Positions 16,825 through 22,981 of a DNA stretch of 32,000 bases are shown here, in pieces. The first letter of the stretch is position 1, and every line of letters starts with the position of its first letter. The position numbers and the translations under genes are program-made. The notes beneath the pieces are model-generated. The model did not search any database, was not told the DNA's origin, and saw only the letters and a program-made list of their open reading frames with translations. The stretch is taken from assembly GCF_001457595.1 (NCBI RefSeq), contig NZ_LN831039.1, positions 5,190,001 to 5,222,000 on the forward strand, in the 5' to 3' direction. This DNA comes from Mycolicibacterium smegmatis (GTDB lineage Bacteria > Actinomycetota > Actinomycetes > Mycobacteriales > Mycobacteriaceae).

Positions 16825-18915
16825 ATGCCAGTCGACTGGGTGATCGCTCCTCATGACCGCGCACTCGACGGCGTTGAGGCCGGCCTGCACGAACGCAGCG
16901 GTGCGGTGCTCATGGGCCCCGAAGGCGTCGGCAAGACCTCGCTGGCCCGCAGTGCCGCGGAATGGCTCGGGCCGGAGTTCCGCCGCATCGTGCGGGTGAC
17001 CGGCACCGAGTCCAACGCCGCCGTCCCGTTCGGGGCCGTCGCGAACCTGATCGACGTGTCGCCCTCGGGTCGCACCGCCGACGTGATGCGCGCGGCGCGC
17101 GAGTCCCTGGGTTCCGAGCTTCTTCTCGTGGTCGACGACGCGCATCTGCTCGATCGGTTGTCGGCGGCGCTCGTGTACCAGCTCACCGAGAGCGGCGCGG
17201 CCAAGCTGATCGCCACAGCGACCGTGGACCGCGCTGTGCCAGAAGAGGTCTCGGCGCTGTGGGATGAGGGCCTGCTGGCCCGCGTCGAGGTGTCACCCCC
17301 GGGTTACGACAGTGCGCGCCTGGCCGATCAGGTGGCGGCCTACATCGCCGATCTTCCGCCCGCGGCGATCCAGACGCTGCAGTATCTCGCGGTGCAGGAT
17401 CCGCTGCCGCTGACCGACGTGACAGCGCTGACCTCGGCCGACACCGTGGCCCAGGCGTGCGAGGCCGGTGCGGTGGTCCTCGACGAGGACGCCGAGCAGC
17501 CCATGGTGCACTGCCGTCATGTGCTGTTCCTCAACGCCGTTCGCGCCAACGTCGGCGGCCCCGGTCTCCGGCGCCTGCGCACGGCCGTCGTCGAACAGAT
17601 GGCCAAGACTCCGCGACGTGGTGTGGTGGACCGGTTGCGCCACGCCGTGCTCGCGCTGGACTCCGACGTGGCGGTGCCCACCGAGGACGTCGTCACCGCG
17701 GCCGCGGAGGCGCTGCGACTCGGCGACCTCGAACTCAGCGAGCGACTGGGCCGCGCCGCACTGCAGGTCGACGGCGGGTTCCAGGCACGGCTGACGCTGG
17801 CCTATGCGCTGGGCTGGCAGGGTCACGGACGCGAGGCCGAGGACGTGCTCGCCGAGGTCGATCCCGCGACGCTGGACGAGGCCTCGCTGATGGCGTGGGC
17901 GCTGCCGCGCGCGGCCAACCAGTTCTGGATGCGTTCGGAGCCCGAGCGTGCGGTGGCCTTCCTGCGCACCACGCGCAACCGCGTGCAGACCGCACACGCC
18001 CAGGTCACCCTCGACGCCCTGCTCGCGACGTTCACCATGAACTCTGGAACCCCGTCGCGCGCACTGGAACTCGCACACCAGGTGCTGGAGTCTCCCGACG
18101 CCGACGACACCGCCGTCGGTTGGGCCGCGTCGACCGCCGCGCTCAGTTCGGCGCGCATCGGCCGGTTCGACGACGTCGACGCGCTGGCCCAGCGCGCCAT
18201 CGATGCGGGCCATCCCGGATTGCTGCGGTTCACCAGCGGATTCGGCCAGACCACGTCGCGGCTGCTTCGCGGGTCTCTCGACGAGGCCGAGGTGCTGGCC
18301 CGCCAGCTCACCGATTTCGCGCAGCTGCTGCAACCCGGCCGCGCCATCGGCGAGGTGCTGCTGGCCGACGTCCTCATCGTCCGCGGACAGCTCGACGAGG
18401 CGGTTGCGTTGTTACGCAGGGCCACAGCCACTTTGGCGCCGACCGGGTACTCGTGGGGCCCGCTGGCGTGGATGTTGTTGGCGCAGGCGCTCGGTCAGCG
18501 CGGCATGCCCGTCGAGGCCGGAAAGGTGCTGTCCCGCGCGGAATCCCGGCACGGCCTCAAGTCCATGCTGTTCGCCCCCGAACTCGCACTCGCGCGAGCC
18601 TGGACCTGCTTTGCCCGCAAAGACCCCGTCACCGCCGTTGCCGGGGCCCGCGAGGCCGCGAAAGCCGCCGAGCGTGGCGGGCAGTCCGCAGTCGCGCTGC
18701 GCGCCCTTCACGACGCCGTGCGGCTCGGCGACACCCGCGCGGCCGATGCACTCGCCCGCATCGACCTGACCTGCACGTTCGCCGACGTCACGCGGGCCCA
18801 TGCCGCCGCGCTCACCGCCGGCGACGCTTCCGCGCTGAACGACGTCGCTGCCCGCTACCGCAACCTCGGCATGCACGCCGCCGCAGCCGATGCGCTGCGT
18901 CAGGCGGGTGGGTGA
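16825..18915 (+). CDS. P-loop (STAND/AAA-like) ATPase with long helical-repeat C-terminal region, Rv1204c-like; no LuxR-type HTH detected
   Basis: Walker A GPEGVGKTS and Walker B-like LLLVVDDAHLLD, then about 500 aa of Ala/Leu-rich helical repeats like the sensor arm of LAL/MalT regulators. The protein ends ...AARYRNLGMHAAAADALRQAGG without the usual C-terminal LuxR HTH. Confidence 0.8.
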   Translation: MPVDWVIAPHDRALDGVEAGLHERSGAVLMGPEGVGKTSLARSAAEWLGPEFRRIVRVTGTESNAAVPFGAVANLIDVSPSGRTADVMRAARESLGSELLLVVDDAHLLDRLSAALVYQLTESGAAKLIATATVDRAVPEEVSALWDEGLLARVEVSPPGYDSARLADQVAAYIADLPPAAIQTLQYLAVQDPLPLTDVTALTSADTVAQACEAGAVVLDEDAEQPMVHCRHVLFLNAVRANVGGPGLRRLRTAVVEQMAKTPRRGVVDRLRHAVLALDSDVAVPTEDVVTAAAEALRLGDLELSERLGRAALQVDGGFQARLTLAYALGWQGHGREAEDVLAEVDPATLDEASLMAWALPRAANQFWMRSEPERAVAFLRTTRNRVQTAHAQVTLDALLATFTMNSGTPSRALELAHQVLESPDADDTAVGWAASTAALSSARIGRFDDVDALAQRAIDAGHPGLLRFTSGFGQTTSRLLRGSLDEAEVLARQLTDFAQLLQPGRAIGEVLLADVLIVRGQLDEAVALLRRATATLAPTGYSWGPLAWMLLAQALGQRGMPVEAGKVLSRAESRHGLKSMLFAPELALARAWTCFARKDPVTAVAGAREAAKAAERGGQSAVALRALHDAVRLGDTRAADALARIDLTCTFADVTRAHAAALTAGDASALNDVAARYRNLGMHAAAADALRQAGG

Positions 18916-18987
18916 ATTCGCGCGTTTCGCGGCTTTTGCCCCGCTTTAGACTGATCGTGCCGTATGCGTTTGGGAGGGGGCGCTGCG

Positions 18988-21276
18988 ATGGGTGCGCTTG
19001 ACGGGTTCTATTCGACGTGGAACAAGGCCCGTGAAACCTTCGGGCAGGGAGCGCCGACCGATGGTTCGCAGTTCGACCAGAGCCGCAGCCTCACGCAGAT
19101 GAAGGCCAGCGTCGAGGCCGCCGCGCCCGACGACCGCTGGCAGGGCTCAGGCGCGAACGCCTACGCCGCAGCCAACAAAGAGCACGCGCAGGTCTATCAG
19201 AAGCTCGCCGACCTCGACCAGAAGATGGCCGCCGAGGTCAAGAACGCCGCCAACGTCGTCTCCGCCGGGCGCACGAACCTCGACAACGCCAAGAGCTGGG
19301 TCGAAGGCATGGCCAATTCCCTGCCCGCCACCAGCCAGCAAGACCGCGAACGCAAGCTCATCCCGATTGCCCGCGAAGGCATCAACCGCGTCGACAACAT
19401 CGTCAAGTCCGCGACTGCGGACATGATGGGGATCAAAGGCAACGTCGAAAAGCTCCGCGGCGAGTACGACACCATCAAGACCACGATGCGGTTCGGGCCG
19501 GAAAGTGAGAAGAAGCCCGGCGACAAAAAAGACGACGCTCAGATGCTTGGGAATGAGGAAAAGGACGACGACGGCATCCCCGAGATGCACGCGCCGAGTA
19601 CAGAAGACCAAGCTCGGATGGACGTCGAGCAGGTGCTGTCCGAGGGTGACGGTGGCGCCGCGGAACGTGTGGACGAGGTCCTCAGCTCGATCAAGCCGGG
19701 AGATGAGTTGACTCCCCAACAGGACGCTTATTTGAGCGAGATGCAGCGTCAGCAGAAGGGAATGAGCGTAGAGGATCTCAGAGCCGCCGAACAGCGCCTC
19801 GGTGACCACAAGAACGTCATCGCGGACTCGTGGCAGTTGATGAGTAACGACGATGTCGAATACTCCGCCGGCGCTGGTGACGACAAGAAGGGAGCCGCAT
19901 CTCAGCTGCCCGACAGCGTTCAGAAAGCACTCACGAATGCCGGTGACACATGGCCGATCGGCGACGGCATCGGCCAGCTCCGTTATGAGGGAGACCTCAA
20001 AGCCATCTCGGAGATCGTCAAGGACGGCAATCCGGGTTTCCAGACGGGCACGGAGCTCGACCGCCAGCTCATTGTCGCTGCGGACAAGGCCATGGATGCG
20101 CGCGACATCCCAGGCGGCCAGATCCTCGGTCGGGAATCAACTGTCCAGAGCTTGTTCGAAGCAGTCGACGATGACCACCAGATCATCAACGACCACTTGA
20201 TGGGCAGGAATGGTGTCGACGTTGACGATTTCCTACGCGATGTGAACACGACCGACTGGCCGGATAACGGGAAGGCAGCTGGCTATCTTTTCAGCTGGAC
20301 CAATGAGGCCAGTTCAGGACCTGAGGCTGAGATCGCGGCCCAAACAGCCGATAAATACGCGGAATTCATTGGAGCTCATACGCATGGGGAACCGACGCCT
20401 CAGCCTGACCTATTGAACATCAATGGCCAGACGTTAGGCCAGCTCAACCCTGAACTCGTCCAGCGGTACGCGCATGGACTAATCCCCTATGTGGACGACA
20501 TGGGTGGTATCGGTGACGCGGACAAGTTTGAGATCGACGGTGGTGATCTCCGACGGGACGGATTGATGCCCAATGCAAAGGGGGTCTTCGCAGTGTTAAA
20601 TACGGATCCCGTCGCCGCAACGGAGATCAACGCGCGGGCATACGAGATTGCGATGGAGAGAGAGACTAGCTTCGCGACGAACCCTAAGGATCCTTCGGCC
20701 CAGGCGCATCTTTATGCGGCAGCAACCATGCGAGGTCTGGTCGATGTGGGAGCACACGAGGCGTTCCAAGCCTTCAAAGAGAACGGGTATGACGCGGGAG
20801 TCGATCAGACAGCATGGAAGAAGGCGGGCTTCGATGCCGCTGTGACAGCCGTGAGCACCGGGGCGTCAGTGATTCCCGGGGTGGGTTTCGTTTCCGGCCC
20901 AACGGTTGCACAGATCGGCTCGATCTTCAGCAACGAAATGTTCGATAACGCTCCTCCGCCTGTAGATCGACCTCTTCCGGAAATGTCGACCACACGTGCC
21001 AGCCACCTGATCCTTGATGCGATGCTTGCCGCCGGCAATCCTTTGACCCTCCCCGAAGGATGGGTCGACTACACCGATCCAGAACGTCCTCGTGTCGTCC
21101 AGCCCCCAGGTGTGAACGACGACGTCTATGCCAGCACCATCAACGCACAGGTTGGCGAGCAAAGCGTTGCAGTCGATGCGAAGGGGCCTGACCAGTTCTA
21201 CGCGGACCGCTACAACAATGTCGCTCAAGATATAGACATCCAACACACCCCGCCCCAGGAGGAACGACACCAGTGA
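18988..21276 (+). CDS. 762-aa protein: EspA/EspE-like WxG helical-hairpin N-terminus + charged linker + ~550-aa C-terminal region of unknown function (putative type VII secretion substrate)
   Basis: ATG 18988 is preceded by GGGAGGGGG (18972-18980) at 7 nt; track start 18964 is the alternative. W-Q-G at aa 51-53 (19138-19146) sits in the context RWQGSGANAYAAANKEHAQVYQKLADLDQKMAAEV, which I recognise as EspA/EspE-like (recollection, needs HMM confirmation). K/D/E-rich linker GPESEKKPGDKKDDAQMLGNEEKDDDG. I found no catalytic motif in the remainder. The coding call is solid; the functional call is tentative. Confidence 0.75.
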   Translation: MGALDGFYSTWNKARETFGQGAPTDGSQFDQSRSLTQMKASVEAAAPDDRWQGSGANAYAAANKEHAQVYQKLADLDQKMAAEVKNAANVVSAGRTNLDNAKSWVEGMANSLPATSQQDRERKLIPIAREGINRVDNIVKSATADMMGIKGNVEKLRGEYDTIKTTMRFGPESEKKPGDKKDDAQMLGNEEKDDDGIPEMHAPSTEDQARMDVEQVLSEGDGGAAERVDEVLSSIKPGDELTPQQDAYLSEMQRQQKGMSVEDLRAAEQRLGDHKNVIADSWQLMSNDDVEYSAGAGDDKKGAASQLPDSVQKALTNAGDTWPIGDGIGQLRYEGDLKAISEIVKDGNPGFQTGTELDRQLIVAADKAMDARDIPGGQILGRESTVQSLFEAVDDDHQIINDHLMGRNGVDVDDFLRDVNTTDWPDNGKAAGYLFSWTNEASSGPEAEIAAQTADKYAEFIGAHTHGEPTPQPDLLNINGQTLGQLNPELVQRYAHGLIPYVDDMGGIGDADKFEIDGGDLRRDGLMPNAKGVFAVLNTDPVAATEINARAYEIAMERETSFATNPKDPSAQAHLYAAATMRGLVDVGAHEAFQAFKENGYDAGVDQTAWKKAGFDAAVTAVSTGASVIPGVGFVSGPTVAQIGSIFSNEMFDNAPPPVDRPLPEMSTTRASHLILDAMLAAGNPLTLPEGWVDYTDPERPRVVQPPGVNDDVYASTINAQVGEQSVAVDAKGPDQFYADRYNNVAQDIDIQHTPPQEERHQ

Positions 21277-21960
21277 TGCCACGACTTAGCAGAGGGCTGC
21301 TGGCGCTTTTCCTCCTGGGTTTGCTTGCCGCCTCCGCGTGTAGGGCAGAAGGCGCCGAACCGCCGGAATCACCGCCTGCAGGTTGGCCCGAGTCGTTGGA
21401 TGACTTCACCGTGACGTGGACCGCCGAACCGGGGATCGATTTGACCACTGGTCCAGCAGTTGCGGCGCGGGCTTATATGGAGTCCTACTACCTCGCATAC
21501 CTGACAACCGACGACAAGTACCTGTATCCGGGGTTTGCACAAGCCGTCGACTCCAATCAGGCCGACGGGCCTGATGGCACGGAGAAGCTCTGGCCAGAAC
21601 CTTATCGTCCGAAGACGTGGATTGGTACGGCACGCCATCACATACTGCGAATAGATCAGTCAGGTCGCGACGTCGCAGTTGTGGGTTGTGTGTATTCGTA
21701 CTCGAGCGCCGAGAAGACAGATGCGGGATTCGAAGCCAACATCGGTGGAACCGGACCGGACGCAGGAATTAGCGCGATCCGTATCGGTTTAGAGGCTCCC
21801 GAGAACAGTGCCGATCTTCCAGTACAAGAAGGACCGTCTCGGGCGCCGTTCGAGAATGTATTTGGTGGGTGGAGGGTGACCAATCATCAGGGCGGATTCC
21901 TTGCTACAGCTGAATGGCCGGACCACGCCAAAGACGTCGAACAATGTGTTGCTCAGGCGC
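19400..21960. other. lower-GC, rare-codon block covering the C-terminal ~2/3 of the EspA-like gene and most of the lipoprotein gene
   Basis: Hand counts of printed 60-nt lines inside the block: 19501 = 50%, 20281 = 58%, 20341 = 52%, 21601 = 50%, 21901 = 57% G+C. Outside the block: 18001 = 67%, 19141 = 65%, 22021 = 72%, 22441 = 75%. In-frame TTA/CTA/ATA codons occur here (e.g. cta ttg ... acg tta at 20410-20436; gat ata gac near 21231; cac ata ctg cga ata at ~21637-21651). Such codons are rare in the surrounding genes. Boundaries are approximate. Confidence 0.55.
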
Positions 21961-22085
21961 CAGAACCTCCGGAAGCCCGGACTTTCATCCCGACAAGCCC
22001 GTACCCTCGGTCTGCCTTCCCAGTGCTTCCCGCGACGCCAGGCTGGCCGGCAAAGCCAGATGCACCCACCGACCAGCCCGGCTGA
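21273..22085 (+). CDS. putative secreted lipoprotein of unknown function, translationally coupled to the EspA-like gene
   Basis: Signal peptide MMPRLSRGLLALFLLGLLAASAC with a lipobox-like ASAC (Cys23). GTG 21273 overlaps the upstream stop (GTGA), and ATG 21276 is the alternative. AGGAGGA lies at 21257-21263. Pro-rich C-terminal tail. I recognise no family. Confidence 0.75.
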   Translation: MMPRLSRGLLALFLLGLLAASACRAEGAEPPESPPAGWPESLDDFTVTWTAEPGIDLTTGPAVAARAYMESYYLAYLTTDDKYLYPGFAQAVDSNQADGPDGTEKLWPEPYRPKTWIGTARHHILRIDQSGRDVAVVGCVYSYSSAEKTDAGFEANIGGTGPDAGISAIRIGLEAPENSADLPVQEGPSRAPFENVFGGWRVTNHQGGFLATAEWPDHAKDVEQCVAQAPEPPEARTFIPTSPYPRSAFPVLPATPGWPAKPDAPTDQPG

Positions 22086-22165
22086 GCACGATCAAACTCC
22101 CGCACACCCCTCCCCCAACCCAGCCGTAAAATTGCACCTGGCATGCACGACCCGAGGGGACTCCG

Positions 22166-22981
22166 ATGAACCAGGTGATCGCCAATACCGGCGCCATGAA
22201 CAGCTGGCAGCAGCAGCTGGGTGAGGTCAGCTCGGGTGTCGGCAATCTGCTCAATGGTACTCCCGGCGTCTCCGATGTGATGAACACGCACGGCACCATC
22301 GGGTTCCCGATGCAGAGCGCGTTCGACGCCGCACATGCCGCCCGAGGTGGCGCGATGGGTGCGACGCAGGCCGCGTCGTCGAAGATTTCCGACTTGCTGC
22401 GCCAGGCTGCTCAGGCCTACGAGCGTGGCGACGTCGCCGCGGCCGACGACCTGAAGAAGCGGGCCGAGCAGCTGGAAGGCGCGGGTGCGTCGTCGGCGGC
22501 CGGTGGCAGTGCCGCAGGCAGCGCGGCCTCGGCCGCGAGCAGTGGTGGCCAGGCCGCGTCGCAGATGATGAGCCAATTCGGCCAGATGGCGGGTCAGATG
22601 GCGCAGTCGCTGACGCAACCCATCCAGGGCATGGCCCAGAGCCTCGGCCAGATGCCGCAGCAGATCTTCCAGGGTGTGCAGGGCATCGTGCAGTCCGCCA
22701 CCGAGGGCGCCGGGGGCGGGTTGGAAGCGGCGACGGCCGCCGCAGGTGGCGCCGAGGCCGAGAACGCCATCAAGACCGCCGCGACCGATGGTGCGGGTGG
22801 CGGCGAGGGTGAGCGTGCCCCGGTCGACGCCGCCGACAAAGACAAGACCGACGAGCGCGACAAGACGACCGATGCCGTGCAGGTCGGCGCCCGCGCCGAC
22901 ATCGGCGTGCCGGCCGAGGAGCAGCCGGGTGTCGGCGCGGTGTCGACGCAGATCCCGACGATCAGCCCACGGCCGCAGTAG
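22166..22981 (+). CDS. EspC-like (T7SS_ESX_EspC/DUF2580-type) protein with YxxxD motif and Ala/Gly/Gln/Met-rich low-complexity tail (putative type VII secretion substrate)
   Basis: ATG 22166 with GAGGGGA 5 nt upstream. The N-terminal ~100 aa (...VMNTHGTIGFPMQSAFDAAHAARGGAMGATQAASSKISDLLRQAAQAYERGD...) parallels EspC (...THGPY...LRIAAKIYSEAD...) as I recall it. Y85-E-R-G-D89 (22418-22432) fits YxxxD/E. The tail has QMAGQMAQSLTQPIQGMAQSLGQMPQQIFQG repeats and an acidic end GERAPVDAADKDKTDERDK. Confidence 0.75.
   Translation: MNQVIANTGAMNSWQQQLGEVSSGVGNLLNGTPGVSDVMNTHGTIGFPMQSAFDAAHAARGGAMGATQAASSKISDLLRQAAQAYERGDVAAADDLKKRAEQLEGAGASSAAGGSAAGSAASAASSGGQAASQMMSQFGQMAGQMAQSLTQPIQGMAQSLGQMPQQIFQGVQGIVQSATEGAGGGLEAATAAAGGAEAENAIKTAATDGAGGGEGERAPVDAADKDKTDERDKTTDAVQVGARADIGVPAEEQPGVGAVSTQIPTISPRPQ

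Noticed and set aside
17293-18333. 346-aa minus-strand ORF and other overlapping ORFs (e.g. 17457-19001 +) within the ATPase gene
   Set aside because: The products are extremely Arg/Gly/Pro-rich with no motifs. The 16825-18915 frame carries Walker motifs and coherent helical-repeat sequence.
16825-18915. STAND-like ATPase considered as an Avs/antiphage-type defence NTPase
   Set aside because: I could not recognise an N-terminal effector domain (nuclease, TIR, protease). The gene occupies the conserved Rv1204c core-genome position rather than a defence island. It is kept only as a possible partner of the adjacent cassette.
18919-18937. Small hairpin (CGCG-TTT-CGCG) followed by TTTT after the ATPase gene, considered as an intrinsic terminator separating it from the cassette
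   Set aside because: The stem is only about 4 bp and the T-run is 4 nt. This is insufficient to claim termination, so co-transcription with the cassette remains open.
19147-19809. 220-aa minus-strand ORF inside the EspA-like gene
   Set aside because: It is antisense to a frame with an SD-supported start and coherent helical sequence. Its product is Leu/Val/Gly/His-rich without signal or motif. No independent start signal was seen.
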